DNA of 64,000 nucleotides from an uncultured Candidatus Binatia bacterium. Its GTDB lineage: Bacteria; Desulfobacterota; Binatia; UBA9968; JAJDTQ01. The position numbers and the translations under genes are program-made. The stretch spans positions 1,760,001-1,824,000 of the forward strand of contig OZ251459.1 in the NCBI GenBank assembly GCA_965242525.1, given 5' to 3'. This document shows positions 35,516 through 45,669 of this stretch, piece after piece (positions within the stretch are counted from its first letter, which is position 1; every line of letters begins with the position of its first letter). The notes beneath the pieces were generated by a model, which saw only the letters and a program-made list of their open reading frames with translations, searched no databases and was not told the DNA's origin.

Positions 35516-36818
35516 GAGCGCTCGCGAACCCGTCCTTCACCAGGATCATCGGAGTCTTCCCGGCTATCGTGCGCTCGAGTTCCGGCACTTCCCGCACCTC
35601 CAGGGACTCGCCGAACCGGGGATCGATCCGGTGCGCCATGCCGCGGATCCTCTCGATGTCGGATTCCGCAAGGGACTCGCTCACGGTGACGTTCAGGGTC
35701 ACCCGGCCCTCCCGGGATACGGCCTGGTAACCGGTGATCCGGGGCACGCCGCGAACGATATGGGAAACCGCTTCCGAATGCAGGCTCCGACCGTTGGGCA
35801 GCCGAATGGTCCGGTTGCTCCGTCCCGCGACGCGACCGAAGGAGAGAGCGGAACACCCTGCCGCTCGTGACGACTCGTCCGAGACCTCATAGGAGTCGTG
35901 CAACCGGTAGCGGAACAGCGGCGTACAACGTCGGAACAGGGAGGTTACGAAGACCTCCTGCAACCCCGCTCCTGGGTGGTATTCGAGCAGGTAACTCTTC
36001 CAGAATACCCGGTAACCGCCGGCCGGATGCGTGTGGGCCACGAGACCGGTCTCCACCGAGCCGTACTCCATCCCCACCGGAGCAGAGAAGACGTCCGCGA
36101 TGCGCGCTTCCGAATCCTCGAAGGGAAACCCTTCGGCCGCGGCGATTACGGCCTTCAGGCCGAGAGCCGCATAGGCGGAAGACAGATGAGCGTTGGTCCT
36201 CGCCAATCGATCTAGGTAGCATGCGTAACCCATGACGAAATGGGGCCCGGCTTCCAACAGGCGTCTTCCGGCGTTTTCGAGCGCAGACTCCGACATGTCG
36301 TAACAGGAGTGCCTTCGGTAGTTCTGGATCCGGTCCTTGATGGACCGGGACCAGCCGTTCACCTTCCCTCGCCATCCCTCTCCCAGCAGGTGCGAATGGC
36401 CCCAATACAGCATCAGGCGGTGACGTGGACCGATTCCGTACCAGGAACGACCCAGCCACGGATCCAGCCGGTTCTCTTCGTATTCCCTGCGCCAGGACGG
36501 GACCTGCATGGGCTTGGCCGTGCTCCCGCCGGTGATTCGCTTGCCGTCGGGGCGCGGGTCCCGGCTCCAGCAAGGGATTTCCGTATCCTGGAGGATCTCC
36601 CTGGTGAGCGGCGGCGCCGTGTCGACGTATTGCGGCAGGGAAGCAAAGCGCCGGGGCAAGCCGTTCTCCACCAGTCTTCGGTAATACGGGATGTTTCGAG
36701 ACGCCCAGTCCCACAGTTCGTTGACTCGCGCAAGCTGGTAGGCGGCGATACGGGACGGGGACCACGTCCGGTAATCGAGGGCGAGCGCCTGCAATCGAGA
36801 TTCGGAAATCCAGGCCAT
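35499..36818 (-). CDS. Phenylacetate-CoA ligase-like / CapK-type adenylating enzyme
   Basis: IPYYRR, TGGSTAKP, EYGSVETG, FRYRLHD, AGK near the C-terminus; GAAGGAG RBS. Confidence 0.85.
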   Translation of the reverse strand: MAWISESRLQALALDYRTWSPSRIAAYQLARVNELWDWASRNIPYYRRLVENGLPRRFASLPQYVDTAPPLTREILQDTEIPCWSRDPRPDGKRITGGSTAKPMQVPSWRREYEENRLDPWLGRSWYGIGPRHRLMLYWGHSHLLGEGWRGKVNGWSRSIKDRIQNYRRHSCYDMSESALENAGRRLLEAGPHFVMGYACYLDRLARTNAHLSSAYAALGLKAVIAAAEGFPFEDSEARIADVFSAPVGMEYGSVETGLVAHTHPAGGYRVFWKSYLLEYHPGAGLQEVFVTSLFRRCTPLFRYRLHDSYEVSDESSRAAGCSALSFGRVAGRSNRTIRLPNGRSLHSEAVSHIVRGVPRITGYQAVSREGRVTLNVTVSESLAESDIERIRGMAHRIDPRFGESLEVREVPELERTIAGKTPMILVKDGFASAREGVD

Positions 36819-36940
36819 CCTCGGCCTCTCCTTCGATGACGGCCGCCGAGCGGGAAACGGTACGTTCCCGTCTGCGTCGTTGGCGTTCGATGCGTCGTGA
36901 CCCGGAGGACATCTTCCGGCGTCCGCACGGGTTCGCGCCC

Positions 36941-38392
36941 TCACAAGTTGTAGCTCGACAGGTAGGAGCGCCATCCCCTGGGGACGGTGAACGGGCGTGA
37001 CAACACGGGCGCCAACTCATCTTCGGCCACCGGCCTGCCGTTGGAGGAGATGGACGGTCCCCCGTCCGCGGCGTCACCCTGCCGGTCCATGGTCCTCGAG
37101 GCCCGCAGGAGCGGCAACGCCTCCGGACGGTAACCCATGAGCCGCCATGAGATTCGGTCGGCGAGGGCCGGCTCATCGGCGAATACGAGCGTGCCGCTGT
37201 CCACTGGCCGCGGCGCAAGCGGTCCGTTGCCCTCGCCGCCGACGATGCCGTCCACCAGCACCAGGTGCCTTCGCTGCCGGCTCCGGTGCAGTACCCCGCT
37301 GCCGTCTCCGTACTGCAATATCCGATGGAGGTCGAGCACCATGCGCCAAGCCGTGTCGTTGCCGTGCCATGATCCGCCGAGGGTGACTCCGAGCCGCCGC
37401 AAAACACCGCTCAGCAGGTAATGCAGGACCTCCATGCTTCCCTGCAGCGGCGACGCCGGTTCCCTGCGGTTCAGCCAGTCATGGAAATGTGAAAGGGGCG
37501 TAGCGAAGGCGTATCGTGCGGGGAACTCATCCCCTCCTCTGGAGGGGGAACCGAAGCGGTGGTGCGCCAGACAGTCCTTGTGGCCCACGGAACCGACGAT
37601 CCCCTTCAGCGCGCACGTCAACCCGACCTTCTCGTGGGTCTTCAGCTTGGGCAGGCTGACGATGGTCTGTGCGTCGAGTACCGACCGATGGATGACGTAC
37701 ACGTGGGAGGCTCGCGAGTGGTAGCGGTCGGTCCGGTCCGGGTTGTAGTTCATGACGCGAAAGGGAGACGACCGATCCCCCTTTTCGGCCAGCAGGCTGC
37801 TGTCTCCCAGGTCGAAGACCGCGGCGGACGAGTCGTCGCCAAGGCTGCGGGACTTCAGCGTTCTTCCGAGGACCGTCTTCTCCGTGGCGAAGAGGCGCAG
37901 GTCCTCGGCGCGCACGGAGGCTCCCTCCGCGGCATAGAACCCGGCCACCCGATCGGCGCCCGCGTCGGCAAGGACCCTCGACCATCGGCACGACTGCAAG
38001 GGGGCGTTGCCGAACGCGACGTTCCCTTTCGTTCCGACGGCGATCCATACATAGTCGATCAACGCGCGCAGCACGGATCCGTGGATGCACTTGGCCTGGA
38101 AGTCCCGCAACGATTCCACCCACCTCCGGTGGTGCACGAAGTTGCAAAGTACGAACACACGGCTGCCGGGCGCCATGTAACCGCCCAGCGGATTCCAGGA
38201 AGGGCTGCCGAAGCGGCGCCGGTCCAGCCCGGCGTCCGCCAGCGCCTGCCTCACCAACCGGTACACCGGGTTCTCCGATTTCGAGATCGTGTCGAACGGG
38301 TACTCGGGAAAACGTTCACTCGGAGAAAAGAAATCGTCCCCGTTGGGGTATTGCAGGCCGCGGCGGGTGACGATGGATGCATTCGTGTCCAT
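36941..38392 (-). CDS. DUF362 domain protein
   Basis: LPKLKTHEKVGLTCALK, DGIVGGEGNGP; start 38392 or 38470. Confidence 0.82.
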   Translation of the reverse strand: MDTNASIVTRRGLQYPNGDDFFSPSERFPEYPFDTISKSENPVYRLVRQALADAGLDRRRFGSPSWNPLGGYMAPGSRVFVLCNFVHHRRWVESLRDFQAKCIHGSVLRALIDYVWIAVGTKGNVAFGNAPLQSCRWSRVLADAGADRVAGFYAAEGASVRAEDLRLFATEKTVLGRTLKSRSLGDDSSAAVFDLGDSSLLAEKGDRSSPFRVMNYNPDRTDRYHSRASHVYVIHRSVLDAQTIVSLPKLKTHEKVGLTCALKGIVGSVGHKDCLAHHRFGSPSRGGDEFPARYAFATPLSHFHDWLNRREPASPLQGSMEVLHYLLSGVLRRLGVTLGGSWHGNDTAWRMVLDLHRILQYGDGSGVLHRSRQRRHLVLVDGIVGGEGNGPLAPRPVDSGTLVFADEPALADRISWRLMGYRPEALPLLRASRTMDRQGDAADGGPSISSNGRPVAEDELAPVLSRPFTVPRGWRSYLSSYNL

Positions 38393-38466
38393 GGCGGTGT
38401 CCCCTTGCCCGATCCAACCTGCCGGCGCTGCACCGCCGCGTTCCGGACGGCGCAACCCCAATCGAC

Positions 38467-39600
38467 TCAAGCGGGCCTCGCATCGGCCGGAAGCAGGCCG
38501 AGAGCTTCGACCAACCGGGGAAGGACGCGCTCCTGGTCGAAGCCGTCCGCGGAATCGCGGGCCCCGTCGGCAAGCCGGCGCCGCAATTCGTGGTCCGCGG
38601 CAAGCCTCGTCATGGCCGCGGCGAAGGCTTCCGCATCGCCGGTCCTGACGATGAGGCCGTTGACCCCGTCCTCGACGATCTCCGACGGCCCGGGCAGGTC
38701 GCTTGCGATGACCGGCAACCCCGCAACGAACGCCTCGATGATCGCTCCGGGATGTCCTTCGAACCGGAAACGGCTCGGGAACGCCAGGACGTCGTGCCGT
38801 TGGAACGCGGCCCGCAGCCGGTCGTTGGACAGGTAGCCATGCACGAAGACGCCGGGCGTCCGTCGTGCCCGTTCCACCAGGCTGCCGGGGACCCGTCCGT
38901 AGATATGCACCTCCATGAACCCGGTCGAAGATCGAGCGCTGCGCGCCCGGTCGAAGGCGTCGAGCAGGACGTCGAGTCCCTTCTCCGGCGTCTCCGACGC
39001 CGACTCGGTTGCCGCGGTCCTCCCCACGAAAGCGAAGCTCGTCCTTCCCCGGGGACGACGGACGGGGGGCGGGACGGGACCCCGGGGGCGAAGGCCCCCG
39101 GTCACGACGGTCTTGGCCCGCAACCGCCGAGGGAGGTCGTTCCGCGCAACTTCCGTCTGCACGGAAAAGACGTCGACGGCCTGGAACAGGAAAAGGCAGA
39201 CGGCGCGTATGGGCGCCGGCAGGCGCTTGGTCAGGAATACCCCCCGCCCGCCCGTCATCCGGGCTACACAGCGCCTGCGGAACAGCTTGGCGCAGAACAC
39301 GAACGCGAGCCCGTAGGAGAAGCAGACGTCGCTCGATCCGAAAAGAACGACCGTGTCCACCCGAGGCGCCCGGAGCAACGCGCGCAGCACCTCCATGACG
39401 GTGCGCCGGTGGCTCAAGGGGCCGGGCAAACCGTCGTCGTCGTAAAACGGATGATGAACGGGCAAGTCGAATCCTTCGATGGCAAGATGGGGAAACCGGC
39501 CAAGGTAGTCGAGCAGGATATCGAACGTGACACGAGAGCCTCCGTCCCGGTAGGGCGGGGGTCCGATCAGCAGCAAACGGCGACTCCCCGGACTTCGCAT
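38467..39600 (-). CDS. Glycosyltransferase family 4
   Basis: EKGLDVLL, FPSRFRFEGHPGAIIEAFVAGLPVIASD. Confidence 0.9.
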   Translation of the reverse strand: MRSPGSRRLLLIGPPPYRDGGSRVTFDILLDYLGRFPHLAIEGFDLPVHHPFYDDDGLPGPLSHRRTVMEVLRALLRAPRVDTVVLFGSSDVCFSYGLAFVFCAKLFRRRCVARMTGGRGVFLTKRLPAPIRAVCLFLFQAVDVFSVQTEVARNDLPRRLRAKTVVTGGLRPRGPVPPPVRRPRGRTSFAFVGRTAATESASETPEKGLDVLLDAFDRARSARSSTGFMEVHIYGRVPGSLVERARRTPGVFVHGYLSNDRLRAAFQRHDVLAFPSRFRFEGHPGAIIEAFVAGLPVIASDLPGPSEIVEDGVNGLIVRTGDAEAFAAAMTRLAADHELRRRLADGARDSADGFDQERVLPRLVEALGLLPADARPA

Positions 39601-39616
39601 GGGCCGTCCTTCGGGT

Positions 39617-41623
39617 TCAGGAGGCGCTTCCTGCCCTACGGTGCGGTACGCCGTTCGAGCGGCTTTGCCCAACGTGGTCCAACCATGTCTGGAACATCAG
39701 GACACTCCAGAGTTGACCTTCCCATGACTCTCCTCCGCCCAGATGCTCGTTCCACTTCCGGCGGATGGGACGCGGGTCGAAGAAACCATCCTGCCGCAGC
39801 CGCCGTTCGTCGAGCAGGGCTTCCGCCCAATCCCGGAGCGGTCCACGCAGCCATGCGGCGAGCGGGACGCCGAACGCTGCCTTGGGGCGTTCGACGAGGT
39901 CCTTCGGTACGTGTCGATAGAGCACCTGCCGCAGGATCCACTTGCCAAGGCCGTTGCGGAGCTTGAAGGACAGGGGCAGCCGCCAGACGAACTCCACCAC
40001 GCGATGGTCCAGGAACGGCGCACGGCTCTCCAGGCTCACCCCCATCGCGGCCCGGTCCACCTTGACCAGGATGTCGTCCGGGAGATAGCTCAGGGCGTCC
40101 ACCGCCATCAGCCGGTCCGCGAGCTCCGCGGCGTCAGGCCAGGTTGCCGGTTGGTTCAGCACGGTCCGGGGCTCGCACGCGCCGGGCGCCACCGCGGGCG
40201 GGTTCGGCCAGTGCGAGAGCCGTCGGTAGTGAAGCTCCTCCGGCGTCCGGGACCTCGCCAGCCGCATTACCCTGCGGACCTTCCCCGGCGTCCAGCGCCG
40301 CCCCCTGCCCGTCGGCAGCCGCCGAAGCATTCGAGCCGGCAAACCGCCCGGTACCGGCGTGAACAAGACGGCGGTCCGGCGGAGCGACGTGGGCATGCGC
40401 GACAACGAGCGCCATATGCGAGGAGTCGAAGCATAGTGTTCGTATCCGCCGAACAGCTCGTCGCCGCCATCGCCGGACAGGGCGACGGTCACCTGCCGGC
40501 GAGCCAACCCGGCCAACAGGAAAGTAGGCAACTGGGAGTGGTCGGCAAAAGGCTCGTCGAACAGGTCCGGCAGGCGGGGGAGGACGTCCCTCGCCTGCCG
40601 CGCCGACACGTACAGTTCGGTGTGCTCGGTTCGAAGGCGCCTTGCCACCGCCTTGGCGTGCGCCGCCTCGTCGTAGTCGGGTTCTTCGAACCCGATGGTG
40701 AACGTGCGCACCGGCCGCTCGGACTGGGCCTGCATCAAGGCCACGACAGTGGAAGAGTCGATGCCGCCGGAGAGGAACGCCCCGAGCGGAACGTCCGCCG
40801 CCATCTGCCGGCCCACTGCCCGGAGCAACACGTCGTGCAGCGCGTCCACCGCGTCTTCGGGGGCGCCCTCGAACGGCCGCGCCTGGCCGGACGCCACCGC
40901 CTCGCCCAGGGACCAGTACGGCCGCGGCTCCGGCCACTGGCCGGCCGGTTCCCGTGAAGCGCTCGCCGCGACGCTCACGTAGGCGCCGGCCGGCAGCTTC
41001 CGCACCCCTCGGTAGATGGACCAGGGCGCCGGAATGTAGGCGTGGCGCAGGAGCAGGGTGAGGGCATCCCGGTCGATCTCCCCCGCGAACGCCGGGTGCA
41101 TGGCCAATGCCTTGAGTTCGGACCCGAACAGGAACGCGCCGTTCTGCCAGCCGTAGTAGAGCGGCTTCTCCCCTACCCGGTCCCGGGCGAGGCACAGGAT
41201 CCTGTCCTCCCGGTTCCAGACCGCGAAGGCGAACATGCCGACTGCGGCTCGCAACGCATCCTCCAGCCCCCAGCATTCGATGGCCGCGAGCAGAGTCTCC
41301 GTGTCGGAACGCCCCCTCCAGTGCGGACGGTCGGGACCTTCGGCTTCGAGCCGGCGCCGAAGGTCCCGGTGGTTGTATATTTCGCCGTTGAAGACGATGA
41401 CGTTGCGCCCCGAGGCCGACTCCATGGGCTGACTGCCTGCCGGCGACAGGTCCAGCACGGCCAGGCGGCGATGGCCGAGTGCGATTCCCGCTTCGCGGTC
41501 GAGCCAGGTCCCGGCATCGTCCGGGCCGCGGTGCGCCACCGCGTCCGCCATGCCGCGGGCGATGGCGAGGGCTTCTTCCGGCGAGGTTCGGTCCGCACCC
41601 AGGAAACCGGCTATGCCACACAT
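39617..41623 (-). CDS. asnB: Asparagine synthase (glutamine-hydrolysing)-family amidotransferase, probably for sugar amidation
   Basis: MCGIAG, HRGPD, FNGEIYN, LSGGIDSS, SGDGGDELFGGY. Confidence 0.93.
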   Translation of the reverse strand: MCGIAGFLGADRTSPEEALAIARGMADAVAHRGPDDAGTWLDREAGIALGHRRLAVLDLSPAGSQPMESASGRNVIVFNGEIYNHRDLRRRLEAEGPDRPHWRGRSDTETLLAAIECWGLEDALRAAVGMFAFAVWNREDRILCLARDRVGEKPLYYGWQNGAFLFGSELKALAMHPAFAGEIDRDALTLLLRHAYIPAPWSIYRGVRKLPAGAYVSVAASASREPAGQWPEPRPYWSLGEAVASGQARPFEGAPEDAVDALHDVLLRAVGRQMAADVPLGAFLSGGIDSSTVVALMQAQSERPVRTFTIGFEEPDYDEAAHAKAVARRLRTEHTELYVSARQARDVLPRLPDLFDEPFADHSQLPTFLLAGLARRQVTVALSGDGGDELFGGYEHYASTPRIWRSLSRMPTSLRRTAVLFTPVPGGLPARMLRRLPTGRGRRWTPGKVRRVMRLARSRTPEELHYRRLSHWPNPPAVAPGACEPRTVLNQPATWPDAAELADRLMAVDALSYLPDDILVKVDRAAMGVSLESRAPFLDHRVVEFVWRLPLSFKLRNGLGKWILRQVLYRHVPKDLVERPKAAFGVPLAAWLRGPLRDWAEALLDERRLRQDGFFDPRPIRRKWNEHLGGGESWEGQLWSVLMFQTWLDHVGQSRSNGVPHRRAGSAS

Positions 41624-41668
41624 GCAACGTCTCCAACGGCTATCGTCACCGCCCACCCATGATAACAG

Positions 41669-43249
41669 TCAGTCCGCGCCGCGGGAAGACGGCAGCCGCC
41701 GGAGCCCCGAGCGCAGGCAACGGCCCGGCGGTCCCAATGCGTCGAAAGGGAAGTTCGCCAGCGCCCAGGGGAGGGATCGGAGACGGGCGAAGGAGGGCGC
41801 GAAAACCAGAGCCGCGGACAGCGCTGCTCCCCAGACCGCGGTCTCCGCGGACAGCGCCGCAACGCCCGGCAGCGCCAGGGCGCGCAACCAGCCCACGGCC
41901 AACCACAGGGCGAGCGCGCTCCAGGCGCCGGCCCACAAGGCCGGCAGCCAGCGTCGCAGTAGCTGCCGCCAGCGCACGCCGAGAAGGGACAACGCAGCCT
42001 GCGCCATGATCAGGTAAGCTGCTGTCTGCGCGCCCGCCATGGCGACGGCCACGCCACTCAAGCCCCACCGGCTCCCGAACCACGCGCCAAGGACCACGAG
42101 AACCGCGTGCGCCCCCTGACGCCAAGTCTCCTGGCGGACGGAGCCAGTCCCGCGGACGGCCGCGACGTTCAGGACGCCGCAGGTCTGGAACGGTATCGCG
42201 AGCGCGAGGACCTGAAGGACCGAAACGGTGGCGTCCCACTGCCCTCCCAGCACCACGGCGACGATCTCGGGGGCGACCACGAGCATCAGGACGCTCAACG
42301 GCAAGGTCGCCAGCGACAACAACTCCATGCAGTGGAGATGGACGAGACGCAACCGGTCGAGCCGCCGCTGCCCCCGGGCCATGGCAGGGAAGGCGACCTC
42401 GAACAGACTGCCGCCCAGGTAGTGGAACGGCAGCGAGGCCAGCCGGTCCGCACGGGTGTAGTAGCCCAGCGACGCGGCGCCCAGCCAGCGGCCGACCACG
42501 AAGCAGCCGCCCATTCGCACGACGGAGTCGAAGACTTGCACCACCGAAAGTCCCGCCCCCGGGAAGAGGATCTCGGCCGATTCGCGGATCGGGAGACGCG
42601 GGCGGACGCGCGGCGGCGCATACAGTGTCACCGCCGTGGTGTAGATCAGCACCCGTACGAGCTCTCCCCATACCAGCGCCCACACCCCGAACCCCCGGAA
42701 CGCAAGCGCCGTCGCGGTCAACCCGTAGCCCGCCAAGTACGACACGAGGTCCGCCGCCATCAACGGCTTGAACCGGAGGCCGCGGCGGAGGAGATGCGCC
42801 GACACGGCCCCGACCCCGACGATGACGAACGCAGCCGCCAGGGCCTGAAGCGGCCGGGTCACCGCGGGCTCGTCGAAGAGCCGGCCGATGAGCGGCGCGA
42901 ACAGCCAGACGGTTGCGGTGATGACGCCGCCGACGGCCACCGAGAGCGTGAAGCCCGCTTCGACGTGACGGTCGGTCAACTCGTCCCGCTGGATGAGCGC
43001 ATGCCCGATGCCCGAGTGGCCGAACCTCACGGCCAACTCCACCAGGATCCAGGCGATGGCGAACAGGCCGAAGTCGCGAGGCTCCAGCAGCCTCGACAGG
43101 GTCGCCAGCACCAGCAACGTCAGCAACGCCTTGCCGACCACCGTCGCGTAGGACCATCCGAGCGCGCCCAGCGTCCGGTGGCCCAGCGGCATGGCGTCTT
43201 GGCCGGCTTCGACCCTCGCTGCGTCCGGGACAGGGGCAGTGGAACACAT
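41669..43249 (-). CDS. wzx: Wzx flippase (WzxC-like)
   Basis: LSRLLEPRDFG, ALIQR, GVWALV, LGYYTRA; about 12-14 TMs; start approximate. Confidence 0.88.
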   Translation of the reverse strand: MCSTAPVPDAARVEAGQDAMPLGHRTLGALGWSYATVVGKALLTLLVLATLSRLLEPRDFGLFAIAWILVELAVRFGHSGIGHALIQRDELTDRHVEAGFTLSVAVGGVITATVWLFAPLIGRLFDEPAVTRPLQALAAAFVIVGVGAVSAHLLRRGLRFKPLMAADLVSYLAGYGLTATALAFRGFGVWALVWGELVRVLIYTTAVTLYAPPRVRPRLPIRESAEILFPGAGLSVVQVFDSVVRMGGCFVVGRWLGAASLGYYTRADRLASLPFHYLGGSLFEVAFPAMARGQRRLDRLRLVHLHCMELLSLATLPLSVLMLVVAPEIVAVVLGGQWDATVSVLQVLALAIPFQTCGVLNVAAVRGTGSVRQETWRQGAHAVLVVLGAWFGSRWGLSGVAVAMAGAQTAAYLIMAQAALSLLGVRWRQLLRRWLPALWAGAWSALALWLAVGWLRALALPGVAALSAETAVWGAALSAALVFAPSFARLRSLPWALANFPFDALGPPGRCLRSGLRRLPSSRGAD

Positions 43250-43260
43250 GGTCGGCGTGG

Positions 43261-44667
43261 TCAACCCGTTGCGGAGGGCGGCGCATGGGTCCGAGCGAAC
43301 GTCTGCGGCGTCTCCCGCGTCCGTCCGTCCGGTCCACGCGCCGCATACGACGCCAGGGCACAGGTCACGCCTGCGAGGAAGGAATAGAATCCCAACTGGA
43401 ACAGTTGATACCCCGTCATGCCCTTCAAGACGACGGCGATCGTCCAGCCCACGATGGCGTCCCTGGCCAGCGATTTCGGCGCGGCCCAGCGCAACCGCAG
43501 CAACGAGAACAGGTACAGCAGATATAGACCCAGCGGCACGACACCTGCTTCCCCGAGCAGCAACAGGTACATGTTGTGGACACCCACACGGACCTGTTGC
43601 CATTTGTTGAAAGGGGCGTCATCCATGATGAAGAATCGACCGAGCCCCTGGCCGACGATGGGTGCTTCCAGACTGTTGCGCAGACCCAGTTCCCACAAGT
43701 ATCCTCGGTCCGACAAGACCGCTTGGTCGATCCTTCCGGTCACGAAATTCAGGACGTCGAACACCCTGTCCAGACGTCTCCCTCCCAACGCGATCAACTC
43801 TCTCAAGTCGTCCATATCCAGCCTCTGGAGGACGAGGACGCCTATCAGGGCCATAGCGCCCAGCCCGAGCAGAATGCGACCTCGACCGCGGCGTCCGTTC
43901 AGCAGCACGAAGAAGGCCAGGATCACGCCCAGGGTGAAGATGGCTGTCTTGGAAAACGAACAAAACGCTGCAAGGGAACCGATGGGCAGGGCCAAGTACG
44001 CCAGCACGGGACGCTGGACATTGCCCAGGAACGCCAGCGCCAGCACCACAGTCACGCAACCCAGGAAACCCGCAATGTTCGGCTCCCAGAAAGTACCGAC
44101 GAAGCGCAGGCTGTCCAGGGAATGGAGGAGCTCCCACGGCAGAAGCACGCCCATCCTGCGCAGGGCCGGCGTGAAAACGACGACGGTGCTGCTTGCCGTC
44201 AGCACCAGCAACATCGACCTGAGAAACGCCCGCATCCCCACGCGCTCCAGGGCCGCGTAACCGCCGAGCGCCGCGCTCAGGACCAGGATGAAGGAAATGG
44301 CGGGGTAGCTCACGTAATCGTACAGGCCGAACCCGTACACATGCACGAGCAGCTCGGCGTCGGTGGCAACCGAGACGAAGAAGCCGATCACCAAGTAGGA
44401 CGCCATGGAGCCGAGGAGCCATGCGCCGGACTTCCCCAGCGCCTGCGGCAGGCGGACATGGACCAGACTCATCAGAAGCAGGCAACAGAGGACCCGGAGC
44501 CCGGCGAAAACCAGCATGCCCGTGTTGACTCCCGGCGGAAAGAGACCCCTGGGATTGAGCAGGATGATCACGGCCAGCGACCAGAACGCGGCCGCAGTCA
44601 ACGGATCCAGGGGGGACCCCGGCCGACGCCCTGACCGCTCCATCGCCGCGCTCGCCTGCTCGTCCAC
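43261..44667 (-). CDS. O-antigen polymerase/ligase family (Wzy/WaaL)
   Basis: Multi-TM, RFVGTFWEPN, GQGLG, HNMYLLLLGEAG. Confidence 0.85.
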   Translation of the reverse strand: MDEQASAAMERSGRRPGSPLDPLTAAAFWSLAVIILLNPRGLFPPGVNTGMLVFAGLRVLCCLLLMSLVHVRLPQALGKSGAWLLGSMASYLVIGFFVSVATDAELLVHVYGFGLYDYVSYPAISFILVLSAALGGYAALERVGMRAFLRSMLLVLTASSTVVVFTPALRRMGVLLPWELLHSLDSLRFVGTFWEPNIAGFLGCVTVVLALAFLGNVQRPVLAYLALPIGSLAAFCSFSKTAIFTLGVILAFFVLLNGRRGRGRILLGLGAMALIGVLVLQRLDMDDLRELIALGGRRLDRVFDVLNFVTGRIDQAVLSDRGYLWELGLRNSLEAPIVGQGLGRFFIMDDAPFNKWQQVRVGVHNMYLLLLGEAGVVPLGLYLLYLFSLLRLRWAAPKSLARDAIVGWTIAVVLKGMTGYQLFQLGFYSFLAGVTCALASYAARGPDGRTRETPQTFARTHAPPSATG

Positions 44668-44724
44668 GTCTGCGTTCCTCGACGATACGTATCCCGCGAT
44701 TCGGCCGTCCCGCCTTTCGGCGAG

Positions 44725-45426
44725 TCAGTCGGACAGCCGCAGCAACGAATCCACCGCGGCCCCGGTGTCCGAGAAGTCGGGCAGGAAGCCGTCGGGCCGC
44801 ATGGCCCGGAGCTCCGCGGCAGGGTGGCGGCCGGTTCCCACCAGCAGGCACCTCATGCCGTTCTCCCGGGCCGCTTCCAGGTCCCTCGGGGTGTCCCCGA
44901 CGATCAGGCAACGCTCGGGGGAGACCGCCGCCTTCCGATGGCGGCGCCACCGTTCCACCGCGATCCCGGGCAGGTCGTTGCGCCGGGCGGAGTCGCTGCC
45001 GAAGGCGCCGGGCCCCAACTGCCCGTCCACGCCCGCGGCCCGGAGCTTCAACCGGGCGGTGACCTCCATGTTGCCGGTGACGACGCCGAGGCGCGCTTGC
45101 GGCCGGCCGCCCAGCTCGCGCACCAGCTCGGGGACGCCGGGAAGCGCGTGCACCCGGGTGGAGCCCTCGGAGATGGCGCGCCGGTAACACGCCTCCAGAT
45201 GGCGGCTGAAGGCCCGCCAGTGCGCGGGGCCGCATTCCACGTTCCGACCGTCGGCCTCGAAGATCTCCTGCAGGATCTGCGGATCGGTCTTGCCGTCCGG
45301 CCGGACCGTGCGGATGTCCCCGGGACAGCCGAAGGTCTCGAGGATGGCCTGGTTGAAGGCGACGTGGCCGTTCCAGGAACGGAGCAGGGTGCCGTCGATG
45401 TCGAAGAAGATGATGCCGCGCCCCAT
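44725..45426 (-). CDS. HAD-family hydrolase
   Basis: FDIDGTL, VVTGN, VGDTPRD. Confidence 0.9.
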   Translation of the reverse strand: MGRGIIFFDIDGTLLRSWNGHVAFNQAILETFGCPGDIRTVRPDGKTDPQILQEIFEADGRNVECGPAHWRAFSRHLEACYRRAISEGSTRVHALPGVPELVRELGGRPQARLGVVTGNMEVTARLKLRAAGVDGQLGPGAFGSDSARRNDLPGIAVERWRRHRKAAVSPERCLIVGDTPRDLEAARENGMRCLLVGTGRHPAAELRAMRPDGFLPDFSDTGAAVDSLLRLSD

Positions 45427-45483
45427 GAACCGTGGATTTTATACGCTTGGACCGCTTATGGGAAGGGACGCCGGGCCGGCGGA

Positions 45484-45513
45484 TTGACAAAGCCGCCCGG
45501 GCAGAGTACGAAT
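45484..45513 (+). promoter_or_regulatory. Putative sigma70 promoter upstream of the riboswitch
   Basis: Perfect TTGACA, 17 nt, then TACGAA(T), ending just before the aptamer. Confidence 0.5.
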
Positions 45514-45516
45514 AGA

Positions 45517-45589
45517 GCCGCACAACCGGCGTGTACGTGGATGCAACCGCGGGGGAGTGCCAACTGCCGGACGGCCGAACGCCTGGGTC
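45517..45589 (+). ncRNA. ZMP/ZTP (pfl) riboswitch aptamer
   Basis: P1 GCAC/GTGC, AACCGGCG, P2 CGTGG/CCGCG, GGGGAG, 3' GCCGAACGCCTGGG; GGCG/CGCC pseudoknot; serine and purine genes downstream. Confidence 0.85.
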
Positions 45590-45618
45590 TCTGTGCCGAA
45601 GAGGTTCAGGCTTTTTTT
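45581..45618 (+). terminator. Intrinsic terminator (riboswitch expression platform)
   Basis: GCCTGGGTCTCT / AGAGGTTCAGGC stem + T7; overlaps the aptamer 3' end. Confidence 0.85.
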
Positions 45619-45669
45619 CGTTCAGGTCCCGCCGAAGGAAACGATCCGCGCGCCATCGGACGCAACCCC

